Assembly: GCF_963921235.1 (NCBI RefSeq)
Contig: NC_086108.1
Coordinates: forward strand, 43,402,001-43,466,000
Length of the DNA: 64,000 bases
Direction of reading: 5' to 3'
From: Mobula hypostoma
Taxonomy: Eukaryota
The notes under the pieces are model-generated. The model made no database searches, had not been told where the DNA came from, and worked only from the letters and a program-made list of their open reading frames with translations. Positions 13,424 to 24,428 of the stretch are shown one piece after another (the first letter of the stretch is position 1; each line of letters starts with the position of its first letter). A program made the translations under genes and the position numbers.

Positions 13424-14390
13424 CTCAAGTCAGTTAATTCAACTTCTTTATGTGCTCACCACTGCCTTTTACAGTTCAAAGTTATACACAGGGCTCATAT
13501 GTCTAAAACTAAATTATCGCGGTTCTATCCTAATATTAGTCCCTGTTGCGACAAGTGTAAAGGGGGCAAGGCTTCCCTTATTCATATGTACTGGGCTTGT
13601 CCTAGCTTGGAGAAATTCTGGAGAGATGTCTTTTTAACTTTATTCCATATACTTAATTGCTGTTTGGAACCTGACCCTCTAATTGCTCTTTTTGGCACCT
13701 GAGGAGAAGTTGACACGCATCCGAGTCCGACTAAACGTCGTACATTGTCTTTTGCCTCTCTTTTGGCCAGATGTGCAGTCCTTCTTAAGTGGAGAGATGT
13801 TGCCCACCTACTCATGCTCAATGGCTCAGACATTATGTCCTGCTTGGACCTTGAAAAGATTCATTATTCACTTCTTAATTTGGACATAAAGTTCCAAAAG
13901 GTGTGGGGACCGTTTCTTGAATATTTTCATAATTCCTGTTTAGATTAGGGGTTTATCCCTCCTTTTTTTCTTTTGCATTTAAATCCCTTACTTCCAGCTT
14001 CTTTTGGTTAAGACTTGCGTTTTTTTTTATGTGTAAACATATTGTAGCTCAGGTAGTAGGCAATATACCTTCTTTTTATAAATACAGCTCTGTGGTGATA
14101 AAAGTCTGATCAACTTTTCTATATGTCGTAAGGTTGGCTTGGAGTTGGGTAGTGGGAAGGTGGGATGGTAACTAACTATATGATTCTACTATGGGTACTT
14201 TTCCTTAACTGTTATGAACTGTATATTTGATATGTTTTGCGCTGTATAAACCTCCATTTTTTACTGTTTTTTTTGTTGTTGCTGCATTGTAGAAACTAAT
14301 AAAAAAAAAGTTAATTTTAAAAAAAAAGAAATGGCACATATCCCCCCTTCCCCCCCCACCCCCCACACACACCCAACATTTCATTCAAAG

Positions 14391-14434
14391 TTGCACTGAC
14401 GATGTTGCCTAGCTGGGTAACAAAACGTCTGTAA
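14391..14434 (+). ncRNA. Degenerate minimal type I hammerhead ribozyme in a short Penelope-like remnant
   Basis: ttgca-CTGACGA-t-gttgcc(tagctg)ggtaac-aAAAC-GTC-tgtaa. Stems I and II pair. The core GAAA is mutated to AAAA at a CpG-type site. Confidence 0.55.
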
Positions 14435-14683
14435 GCTAACAAGCCAGCTTGGAGAGCCACTCAACAACAACACCCTTCTCCATAAACAGCATCTGTTCCC
14501 ATGCTCCATCCCAATAATATCTGTCGTATAATTTTGGAATCTACCATTTACATCTGGAGAAAATTCCCATTTTTCTAAACATCATGAGACTGCATAATTC
14601 TAGTGCTGTTTCAGAGCCATGATATTTTAAACTTTGTGACAGAAATAAAACCAGACGCAGTACTCCAAATTCTACCCTAAGTA

Positions 14684-16138
14684 CAGGTGTCCCCAGCTTT
14701 TCGAACGTTCACTTTACGAAACCTCACTGTTATGAAAGACCTACATTAGTTCCCTGTTTTTGCTAACAGAAGGTGTTTTCACTGTTATGAAGAAAGGCAG
14801 CGCGCCGGGAAAAGCAGCGCGCGATTTAAAAAAAGGCAGCTCGCGCCCTGAGCAGCCGCTCTCCCCCGGATTCGGAACGGCATTCTCGCTGGCGTTGCTT
14901 GAACACGTGCCTGTGAGCAGCCGTTTGCAAGATGAGTTCTATGGTATCGGAAAAGCCTAAAAGAGCTTGTAAGGGTGTTACACTTAGAGTAAAACTAGGC
15001 ATAATTAAGCGTTTCGATTGTGGTGAACGAAGTAAGGACAAAGTGAGTTTGGCTTGTGGAAGTTGACAAAGATGATGTTGAAGAGGTTTTGGCATCTCAT
15101 GACCAAGAACTGATAGACGAAGAGCTGATGCAATTGGCAGAGGAAAGGATAACAATCGAAACCGAATTCAGTAGCGAAAGTGAAGTCGTCCAGGAACTGA
15201 ACGTGAAGCAACTGCGTGAGATTTTCGCTGCAATTATAAAGTACGACTTTAATTTTGAAAGGGTACGTCGGTTTAGGGCATATTTGCAAGATTGTTTGAG
15301 TCCTTACAAAGAACTGTATGATAGAAAAATGCACGAGGCTCAGCAGTCAAGCAAGCCTTCCACATCAGCCACAGCAGACGACAAACCTTGACCTTCGACA
15401 TCGAGGCGGGCAGTCATAGGAGATGACGACCTGCCTGCCCTAATGGAAACAGACAACGATGAGATGACACCCCCGTGTCCCACCACCCTAACCCCCGCAC
15501 CGCGGACAGATACCGATTCGCGGAGAATGCAGCGGTAGCTGGGAGGCACCCAACATGTCTTTAAGAAAAAAAGCCGAAATAAACAAGCTAATTAATTAGG
15601 TGCCACCCGGCACGTAATTGTCGGCCCAGATCAGAGGCGACTGCACCACCCAAACTCCAATGACTCAGTCTAACACACCATCATCAGTGTGCTCGGCAAG
15701 CTGTCTTCCCGATTCCCGTAAGTGATACTACACTGTACATACATTATTTCTACTTTATAAAGGCTGTGTATTTTTATGTGTTATTTGGTATGATTTGGCA
15801 GCTTCATAACTTAAAGGTTACTGGAGAGAGTTTTTCTGCCAAGAGCGCTTGCGTGAGATTTTCGCTACGGAGAACAGTGCCGGCAATGATTGTGGAAAAG
15901 TATTTCTACTTTATATAGGCTGTGTATTCATCATATCATTCCTGCTTTTACTATATGTTACTGTTATTTTAGGTTTTATGTGTTATTTGGCATGATTTGG
16001 TAGGTTATTTTTGGGTCTGCGAATGCTCACAATATTTTCCCATATAAATAAATGGTAATTGCTTCTTTGTTTTAAAACATTCCGGCTTACGAACCGTTTC
16101 ATAGGAACGCTCTACCTTCGGATGGCGGGGGAAATCTG
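14684..16138 (+). mobile_element. Non-autonomous (internally deleted) Tigger/pogo-type DNA transposon
   Basis: TA flanks and imperfect TIRs caggtgtcccc.../...ggggaaatctg. A remnant N-terminal HTH (KRACKGVTLRVKLGIIKRFDCGE) is joined to an acidic C-terminal remnant (EVDKDDVEEVLASHDQELIDEELMQL). No DDD domain. Second copy at 57193-61037. Confidence 0.75.
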
Positions 16139-16639
16139 TATAGGATGAAAATTGCTTTTTTTTTTAAAGGACCTGAGAATACCTATGTTTTTGCAAATTC
16201 TATAAAGCATTTTACAAAATTTTTTGGCATATTAAACCCATCTCACTGAGTATTTTGCATTTTTATTTTGGTAGGAATTTAGTTGGAACTGCTAACTTCA
16301 TTTGTTTGATTCATCACTATCAGAAAATTCCCACACTTAAAAGTGCATCAATGAGTTATTAAAGAGTTTAGCTAATGTTTGGTTATGCTGTTATGTTGAG
16401 AAAATGCAGTGTTTTGTCACCGACTCTGAATGCCTGTTAGTTTGGCATGAAAAATTTTACTCAGTGATTGGCTGTCTTTTGTATTTTGACTGCCTTTATC
16501 CTAAGTTGGTGATGATTAAACTCTGGAGGAACTTAGTTGTTTTTGATGTGCATAGACATGGGAGCAGAATTAGGCCATTCGGCCTCACCATCATGGCTGA
16601 TTTATTATCCTTCTCAACCCCATTCCCCTGAAATAGACA

Positions 16640-17040
16640 GGACTATTTCATAAAATGGGCAAGGCTTGTTTTTCCCCTTGAACAAAGGAAGCTGAAGGGT
16701 GGCCTGATAGATATAAAATTATAAGAGGCTTAGATGGAGTAGCTAGACAAAATATTTTTCCATTTGGAGAGGTATCAAAAATAAGAGGGCACAAGTTTAA
16801 TGAGGGAAAAGTATTTTAAAGGGAATTTGAAGGCAAGGATTTTGCAGAGAGAGTTGCTGATATCAGGAACTCTTTGCCAGAGGAGGTGATGGAGTTAGAT
16901 GCAATCTGACAAGGAGACAAGGCTTTGAAGGATATGGACCTAATCTAGAAAAATGGGTTTTAGTGTGGATAGGCAGAATGGTCAGCAGAGGTGTATGAGC
17001 TGAAAGCCCATTTCTCTCTTGCATTACTTTATGACTATAT
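16640..17040 (+). mobile_element. Old CR1 3' fragment
   Basis: Decayed 'gaggctgagggg..gataga..aaaattatgagg' and 'agagggcacaagtttaa' patterns plus a tail. Confidence 0.55.
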
Positions 17041-17090
17041 GAATTATTGTTTGAAATAAAAGAGAAATATCAGTGAAAATGTGCATGTAG

Positions 17091-18290
17091 AGACTGGGCT
17101 ATGATCCGACAGATCAATTGTTGCAATATTACAGTTTTTTATCCTGAGTCTATCTGTATTTAAGATAAAGAAATAGTCTATCCTTGAATAGGCTGAATGA
17201 GGGAAAGAGTAATATGTATAATCTTTACTAGTAGGGTGTAATTCCCTCCAGACATCTATAATTCCCAACTCCTCCATCAATGAATTCACTTTCCGAGTCA
17301 GAGGTTTATTCTGAGTAACTATTCTTGAAGAATCTAATATAGGATTTAATCTAATATTAAAATCCCCTCCACAAATTACTACCCCTCGAGAACTGACCAT
17401 TAGGTCAAAAATGTGTCTATAAAATGACCATTCACTATCTGGAGGAGCATAAACATTCAGCAATGTTATTTCTGTACCTTCTATTCTTCCTGTGATTTTT
17501 ACAAACCGTCCTTCTTTGTCTCTAGTCTCTGAAATATGTTCATAATTAAGAGTACTTGATATTAAAGTAGCTACCCCTCTTTTGTGACTCAATTTATATG
17601 ATGAATAAAATACATGCTTAAAGCCTATTCTTTTTAATTTTCCATGTTCAGATTGGCTCATAAGTGTTTCCTGGAGGAAAGCTATTTGTGCCCTCTCTTT
17701 TTTCAATTTAGACATAATCTTATTTCTTTTAATTGGATTCAAAACCCCATTAACATTATAGGAAATTATTTTTACCAATATTGCTAACGTAAGCACCCCT
17801 AGTCTAAATGTTTGTTGTTTTTTTTTGGAAAATAGAGAATTAACACAAGTAAAGGGAAAGATTTGGGAAAGGGATAAAAAAAAATGAAAAAATTAAGTAA
17901 ATAAGTACATAGGGATTGGATAATTATGTCTGCGGGCAGGAACAAGCGCGAACAAATTGGGATATAAACACCTACAATGGTTGGTATATAGGCTTGTATG
18001 CAACATTTTGGACCAGTGGAAATGGTCCAGAAGGGTTGTATGGAAACTATTATTACCATTTTTCTTAACAACTAATTCCATTACTTAGCCTAATAGGTTA
18101 GATTTATCACAGTACATAATTATCTATTTAAATGTTTATTTTCCTTTTATATCATCTCAATGTCTACTTAAGAATGTATAAATAATTGTGGTTTTGTACA
18201 TATAAAAAAATGGAAAAGGTTATATGTGTGAAAAAAGTACATGATAATTGTGATTTCCTTATCCAAATAAAAATAAAATTAAAAAATAAA
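17091..18290 (+). mobile_element. 5'-inverted (twin-primed) L1 insertion of the family found full length at 36313-42161
   Basis: 16-bp TSD gaaaatgtgcatgtag at 17075-17090 and 18291-18306. 17091-17780 is the inverted endonuclease segment. 17778-18290 is the sense 3' UTR plus A-rich tail. Confidence 0.9.
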
Positions 18291-18866
18291 GAAAATGTGC
18301 ATGTAGTTCTGCACTTTTGTGAATAATCATAAACACAAGAGATTCTGCAGGTGCTGAAAATCCAGAGCAACATATATAAAATGCTGAAGGAACTCAGCAG
18401 GTCAGGCAACATCAATGGAAGTGAATACACAATTGACATTTTGGGCCAGGACCCTTCATCAGAACTGGAAAGGAATGGGGAAGAAGCTAGAATAAGAAGG
18501 GGTAGGGGATGGAATGCAACCTGTATGGTGATGGCTAAAGCCAGGTGGGTGGGCGAGGGGGATGAAGTAAGAAGCTAGACGATGATGGGTGGAAAAAGTA
18601 AAGGGCTGGAAAAGACAAAATCTGATACAAGAGGAGAGTGGATCATGGGAGAAAGGAAGGAGGAGGGGCACCAGTGGAAGGTGATAAGGCAGGAAGGAGA
18701 AGAAAAGATTTGAGGGTGGGCCAGAATGGGTAATTGAAAAGAGTGTGGAGGGGGAAAATTTAAAGGAAATTGGAGAGATCAGTGCTCATGCCACCAGATA
18801 GAATGAGGGGTGTTGCAGCTGAGTGGCCTCATTGTGGTAGTAGAGGAGGCCATAAACAGACATGTA

Positions 18867-20468
18867 CAAACCCCATTTCCAGAAAAGTTGGGATATTTTC
18901 CAAAATGCAATAAAAACAAAAATCTGTGATATGTTAATTCACGTGAACCTTTATTTAACTGACAAAAGTACAAAGAAAAGATTTTCAATAGTTTTACTGA
19001 CCAACTTAATTGTATTTTGTAAATATACACAAATTTAGAATTTGATGACTGCAACACACTCAACAAAAGTTGTGACAGAGTTAAAATGATTGAAAAGTGC
19101 ACAGAATATTCAAGTAACACCAGTTTGGAAGACTCCACATTAAGCAGGCTAATTGGTAGCAGGTGAGGTATCATGACTGGGTATAAAAGTAGCGTCCATC
19201 AAAGGCTCATTCTTTGCAAGCAAGGATGGGTCGTGGCTCACCCCTTTGTGCCAAAATTCGTGAGAGAATTGTTAGTCAGTTCAAAAGGAACATTTCTCAA
19301 TGCAAGATTGCAAAGAATTTAGGTCTTTCAACATCTACAGTACATAATATTGTGAAAAGATTCAGAGAATTCAGAGACATCTCAGTGTGTAAAGGACAAG
19401 GTCGGAAACCACTGTTGAATACGCGTGATCTTCGAACCCTCAGGTGGCACTGCCTAAGAAATGGTCATGCTACTGTGACAATTATAGCCACCTGGGCTCG
19501 GGAGTACTTCGGAAAGCCATTGTTACCCAACACAGTCCGTCGCTGCATCCAGAAATACATCTTGAAACTGTATTACACAAGGAGGAAGCCATTAATCAAC
19601 TCTATGCAGAAACGCCAGCGAGTTCTCTGGGCCCGAGCTCATCTCAGATGGACCAAAAGACTGTGGAACCGTGTGCTGTGGTCAGATGAGTCCATATTTC
19701 AGCTAGTTTTCAGAGAAAATGGGCATCGAGTTTTCCATGCCAAAGATGAAAACGACCATCCAGATTGTTATCAGCGAAAGGTGCAAAAGCCAGCAACTGT
19801 GATGGTATGGGGGTGCATCAGTGCCCACAGCATGGGTGAGTTGCATGTATGTGAAGGTACCATTGACTATGAGGCGTATATTAGGATTTTAGAGAGACAT
19901 ATGTTGCCATCAAGGCGACGTCTCTTCCCGGGACATCCATGCTTATTTCAGCAGGACAATGCCAGACCACATTCTGCACGGGCTACAACAGCGTGGTTTT
20001 GTAGACACAGAGTGCGTGTGCTTGACTGGCCTGCTGCCAGTCCAGATCTATCTTCTATTGAAAATGTATGGCGCATCATGAAGAGGAGAATCAGACAACG
20101 GAGACCACGGACTGTTGAGCAGCTGAAGTCTTATATCAAGCAAGAATGGACAAAATTTCCAATTGCAAATCTGCTACAATTAGTATTCTCAGTTCCAAAA
20201 CGATTAAAAAGTGTTATTAAAAGGAAAGGTGATGTAACACAATGGTAAACATGCCTCTGTCCCAACTTTTGTTGAGTGTGTTGCAGCCATCAAATTCTAA
20301 ATTTGTGTATGTTTACAAAATACAATTAAGTTGGTCAGTAAAACTATTGAAAATCTTTTTTTTGTACTTTTGTCAGTTAAATAAAGGTTCACGTGAATTA
20401 ACATATCACAGATTTTTGTTTTTATTGCATTTTGGAAAATATCCCAACTTTTCTGGAAATGGGGTTTG
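18867..20468 (+). mobile_element. Tc1-family DNA transposon, complete, IR/DR type
   Basis: TA TSD at 18865-66 and 20469-70. TIRs of about 214 bp (18867-19080 and 20255-20468) start caaaccccatttccagaaaagttggga and contain an inner repeat aaaagttgtgaca. Confidence 0.95.
19226..20248 (+). CDS. Tc1 DD34E transposase, 340 aa, uninterrupted ORF
   Basis: ATG at 19226 after a tataaaa at 19182. Paired-like HTH, GRKP, WSDES, VMVWGC, QQDNA and SPDLSSIE, with 34 residues between the second D and the E. Confidence 0.9.
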   Translation: MGRGSPLCAKIRERIVSQFKRNISQCKIAKNLGLSTSTVHNIVKRFREFRDISVCKGQGRKPLLNTRDLRTLRWHCLRNGHATVTIIATWAREYFGKPLLPNTVRRCIQKYILKLYYTRRKPLINSMQKRQRVLWARAHLRWTKRLWNRVLWSDESIFQLVFRENGHRVFHAKDENDHPDCYQRKVQKPATVMVWGCISAHSMGELHVCEGTIDYEAYIRILERHMLPSRRRLFPGHPCLFQQDNARPHSARATTAWFCRHRVRVLDWPAASPDLSSIENVWRIMKRRIRQRRPRTVEQLKSYIKQEWTKFPIANLLQLVFSVPKRLKSVIKRKGDVTQW

Positions 20469-20985
20469 TAGATTAGGAATGGGGATTGGTATTTAAATGG
20501 TTGGCTATCAGGAAATCCTGCTTTTTGGTGGATGGAGCAAATTTGCTCAACAAACCTGTCCCCCAGTTTACATTAAGTCTGACCAATGGAGGGGAGGCTG
20601 TTAAGGAGGACCAAATGCAGTAGATGACCACAGCAGATTCACAGGTGAAGTGTTGCCTCTCCTAGAAGGTCTGTTTGGGACCCTGAATGGAGGTGAGGAA
20701 CGATTATCAGGGAAGGCTTTGAACATGGACTGTTCCACATAGCCAAAGAAAAGACAAAGAATAGCTGGTGCCCATGGCTACACCATGAGGTTGGAAAAAA
20801 AGTGGGAGGGGCCTAAAGAAATTGTTGAGTTTGAAGACCAGTTCCACCAGACATGGGAGGGTGGTGGTGGAGAGAACTGGTTGAGTCTGTTGCCAAGAAA
20901 GAAGTGGAGAGCTTTAAGGGCTTCTTAATAGAGTGTACAGATACTGGACATCCAGTGTGAAAATGAGGTGATTAGGGCCAAGAAA

Positions 20986-21900
20986 TAGACCATAAGGCCA
21001 TAGACACAGGATCAGAATTAGGTCATTTGGCTCATCGAGTCTGCTCTGCCATTCTATCAAGGCTGATTTTTTTTTCTATATATCCTTCTCAACCCCATTC
21101 TCCTGCCTTCTCTCTGTAACTTTGACACCTTGATTAATCAAGAACCAATCATCTCCGTATTAAATATAATAAATGACTTTTGTTCGCATAGCTGTCTGTG
21201 GCAGTAAATTCCACAGGTTCACCACAATCTGACTAAAGAAAATTTTCCTTACCTCTGTTCTTTATGGATGTCCCTCTTTTCTGATCCCACTGGGATCTAG
21301 GTCCCACTGTCTAGGTCCCACTGGTCCTAGATTCCCCAACTATAGGAAATATCCTCTCTATATCCACTCTATCTAGACCTTTCAATATTTCATGGTTTCA
21401 ATAAGATTTCCCCCTCCCCACCCATTCTTCTAAACTTCAACCAGTACAGGCCCAGAACCACCAAACACTCCTCTTATGTTAACCCTTTCATTCCTGAGAA
21501 TATTTTTGTGAACTTCTTCTGGATCCTCTCCAACACTAATACATCTTTTCTTAGATAAGGGGCCCAGACTGCTCATAGTACTCTAAATGTAGTTGACCAA
21601 TGCCTCATAAACCCTAAGCATTTCATCCTTCCTTCTGTATTCTTGTCTTCTTGAAATTAATATTAACATTTGCCTTCCTTGCCACCAAGTTAACCTGCAA
21701 GCTAACCTTTAGGGAATCTTGCATGAGTACTCCCAAGTTCCTTTGCACCTCTGATTTTTAAATTTTCTCCCCATTTAGAAAATAATCCATGCCTTTATTC
21801 CTTCTACCAAAGTGCATGACCATACACATCCCTACACTATACTGTCTTCCATCTACCAATTCTTTGTCCATTCTTCCAGTCTGTCTTAAGTCCTTCTGGA
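20986..21900 (-). mobile_element. CR1 LINE 3' part
   Basis: Tail 'agaccataaggccatagacacagg..gaattagg'. Colinear with 4633-5580. Confidence 0.8.
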
Positions 21901-21942
21901 GACATGTCATCTAGTGCCTTTTCACATTGGTCAGTGATTTAA

Positions 21943-22182
21943 TAGTCATAGTCATACTTTATTGATCCCGGGGGAAATTGGTTTTCGTTACAGTTGCACC
22001 ATAAATAATAAATAGTAATAAAACCATAAATAGTTAAATAGTAATATGTAAATTATGCCAGGAAATAAGTCCAGGACCAGCCTATTGGCTCAGGGTGTCT
22101 GACCCTCCAAGGGAGGAGTTGTAAAGTTTGATGGCCACAGGCAGGAATGATTTCCTATGACGCTCTGTGCTGCATCTCGGTG
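21943..22182 (-). mobile_element. Short 5'-truncated Rex1/Babar copy with (TGACTA)n tail
   Basis: Nearly identical to 62848-63100. Encodes ...PRCSTERHRKSFLPVAIKLYNSSLGGSDTLSQ. Confidence 0.85.
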
Positions 22183-22487
22183 AAGGACGTTCTACAAGAC
22201 AGCAGTCTAATTGGAGTTCACTCACTTTTAAAATACAAAACTTTGCTTTTTTATACTTGGGACCATTGAAAAGGTATGGCAATATTTACTGGCAAAATAA
22301 TGATGCAGTCTTTACAACATATGAGGGCACAATGTGATCTAACCTTGAAGCTGCCATACTGAATCTCCTGTAAGTTATGTGCATTTAAGAGTGTATTGGT
22401 ATAACTGCACCCAGCAAACATTTTAAATCTAGGATGTTTTGAAATCCTAGCTAATATTTGTCTCCTAATCAACAACACTAAAAAGAA

Positions 22488-22728
22488 TAAACACGAGATT
22501 TTGCAAATGCTGGAAATCCAGAGTAAGACACACACACAAAATGCTGGAGGAATTCAGCAGCACTGACAGCATCTATGGAGGAGAATAAACAGTTGACCTT
22601 TTGGGGTGAGTCCTTTTATCAGGACTCACCAATCCTAAAGAAGGACCTCAGCCTGAAGCGTCAACTTTTTGTTCCCCTCCATAGATGCTGCCTGACGTGC
22701 TGAGTTCCTCTAGCATTAGTGTGTGTTT
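22488..22728. mobile_element. Miniature fold-back element made of two inverted Penelope-like 3' ends
   Basis: Arm acacacaaaatgctggaggaattcagca...gcatctatggagg pairs with cctccatagatgctg...tgctgagttcctctagcatt..gtgtgtgt. Two decayed hammerhead cores lie in the middle. Confidence 0.75.
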
Positions 22729-23580
22729 CACCAAAATGGATATTTGCTCTTAAACAAGCTTGTGATTTGTTATTTGCAGTTTAGAATGAATTGTTACATG
22801 CTTGGGTTCTTAAGAGCTGTGAAAAGTGTTAAATGACTGGAAGTATTTTTTTTGTAGGAAGGCATTCAAATAGTCTCAACTGATGTTTTATTGTGGCTGT
22901 CCACATAAGGTATGTTTTGTGGAGGTTTGCTTCCTGATGGTGACTCTCTTCAAATTATTGGGAAACCCACAAGAAATTGAAAGCTTAGCCTATTTGTTGA
23001 GAAGTTAAAAGCACTATCTCAACAAAAAAAATCTTGTTTCACAATCACTGGCTGTGAAAGCCAGAAAAATACTTCCAAAGTGCATGTGCAAATAGCAATT
23101 AAAGTAATTAAATGATACATTTTAATTTTGATTGCTTTTCAAAAAGTACCAATGGATGTTTTGCATTCACTGAAGAAGTTAAAACTTTAGTTTAAAATCC
23201 CATGAACGCTCTGTTAATGCAGGACACCCTACATATTATATTGAAATGTCAATCTAGATTATGTGCTCTGGTCACAGATGGGATGATTTGTCCACTGTAA
23301 GATTCAAAGAAGCTATCATTTGGAGCAAATGGGTTCCATGTAATGGCAGAACAATAGGACAATATACTTGTTTAAAATTCTGTGATACAGTTTTCATGCT
23401 GCATTGGAAAATTATTCCCAATTGTGAATAATAATGCATATCAAAGGAGCAAAAGAATTTCAGGTAGGCTATATACTTTAATGCATTGGGCTTAAGATAT
23501 TTGTCACACTGCTTTTTAAGTAGTGTGCCTATTTTAGTTAAGAAGTACAAATAATACTTTCAATTCTGTTTTTTTTTCAG

Positions 23581-23643
23581 GCCTTGCAACATGGCTTTCT
23601 TAATTTTGAAAAATTTGATGTGGATGAGTATGAGCACTATGAG
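23581..23643 (+). CDS. CDC14A: CDC14A-like phosphatase, internal coding exon ([21 protein letters not shown])
   Basis: Polypyrimidine/cag acceptor at 23570-23580. The 63-nt phase-0 exon resembles CDC14A '[20 protein letters not shown]'. The donor is GAG/gcaagt (GC type). Confidence 0.9.
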
Positions 23644-23712
23644 GCAAGTTGTAACCCTCCCTTTCGTATTCTGTAGAAAATCTTTTGCTTATTGAATTGA
23701 TATCAAGTAAGT

Positions 23713-23975
23713 GCATAGTAGTGCAGTGGTTTACGCAATACTTTACAACACAGGCAACCTGGTTCCAATTCCCACTGCTGCCTATGAGGAGTTTGTATGC
23801 AATCCCTGTGACTGTGTGGGTTTTCTCCAGGTTTTCTCCCACAGTCCAAAGATGCAACAGTTGCTAGGTTAATTGATTATTGTAAATTGTCCTGTAATTA
23901 AGGCAAGGATTAAATCAGAGGATTGCTGGGCAGCGCGGCTCAAAGGGCCTATTCTGCGCTGTATCTCTATAAATA
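23713..23975 (+). mobile_element. V-SINE (HE1-like) tRNA-derived SINE
   Basis: tRNA-like head followed by a V-domain-like 'ggagtttgtatg..ccctgtgactgtgtgggttttctcc...ctcccacagtccaaagatg'. Confidence 0.7.
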
Positions 23976-24428
23976 AATACATAGGTTGGAAAATTAGAGA
24001 TGGATGTAGTTTTCTGAAGAACATATTGCAAACAAGGATACAAAAGCTGTTACTGAGGTATGGCAATCTGTATTTGAGATTCTACAAACGGAAGTCCGTA
24101 ATTGGCTGGTAATCTGTTTTTAATGTTATAGCAACCCACTGTCTTTCCTCCTTCCCTCCTGAATGTTGGGGCATTGATTAATAACAGCATCTTGTGTATC
24201 TTATCACTGTCTACAGAATAAGTGAAAGCCAGCGCTCCAGTAAGAAAGACATGCAATTTTAGCATCTTTCGCAACCTCTTACACCCAAGCCATTTCCTTG
24301 TATTTCCGGAATGTTGCCATTTATACTTTGGCCTATGTATACATGTGATGGACAACATTTTATCTTTGTGCATACGTTCTACTGATTGGGCTGTTCTCAT
24401 ATGAAAAATGAAAATAATATTGCCTTGG

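Larger units (their letters stand above)
8079..14326 (+). mobile_element. Full-length degenerate L1-clade LINE (ORF1 about 8226-9042, ORF2 about 9609-13948) carrying two SINE insertions
   Basis: ORF1 IGRAHH and VVEDYA motifs. ORF2 SWNVKGLN, GGDFN, KSPGPD, EKAFDRVEW, QGCPLSP, YADD and CDKC..HMYWACP. AATAAA plus poly(A) at 14298-14326. TSD agaa(g/a)tggcaca at 8067-8078 and 14327-14338. Confidence 0.9.
18330..20985 (-). mobile_element. Old Penelope-like element 3' part, split by the Tc1 insertion
   Basis: Colinear with 58471-59500 (attctgcag.tgctg.aaat, cagcagg.caggc, ggacccttcatcag, cagattcacaggtgaagtg). It continues across the Tc1 TA site. Confidence 0.75.

Noticed and set aside
15056..15391. 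Acidic 111-aa ORF as a domesticated TIGD or CENP-B-like gene
   Set aside because: It lies between TIRs in a multi-copy element, lacks the DDD domain, and the sibling copy at 57560-57970 is disrupted.
21285..21335. Short tandem repeat (tcccactg..tctagg x3) as a CRISPR-like array
   Set aside because: It is a local slippage duplication inside a CR1, with no unique spacers, no cas genes and a eukaryotic context.
1..23580. Preceding CDC14A exon (RDAS.G.C...LDC...K type)
   Set aside because: I could not find it by eye. It may lie upstream of the window or I may have missed it.
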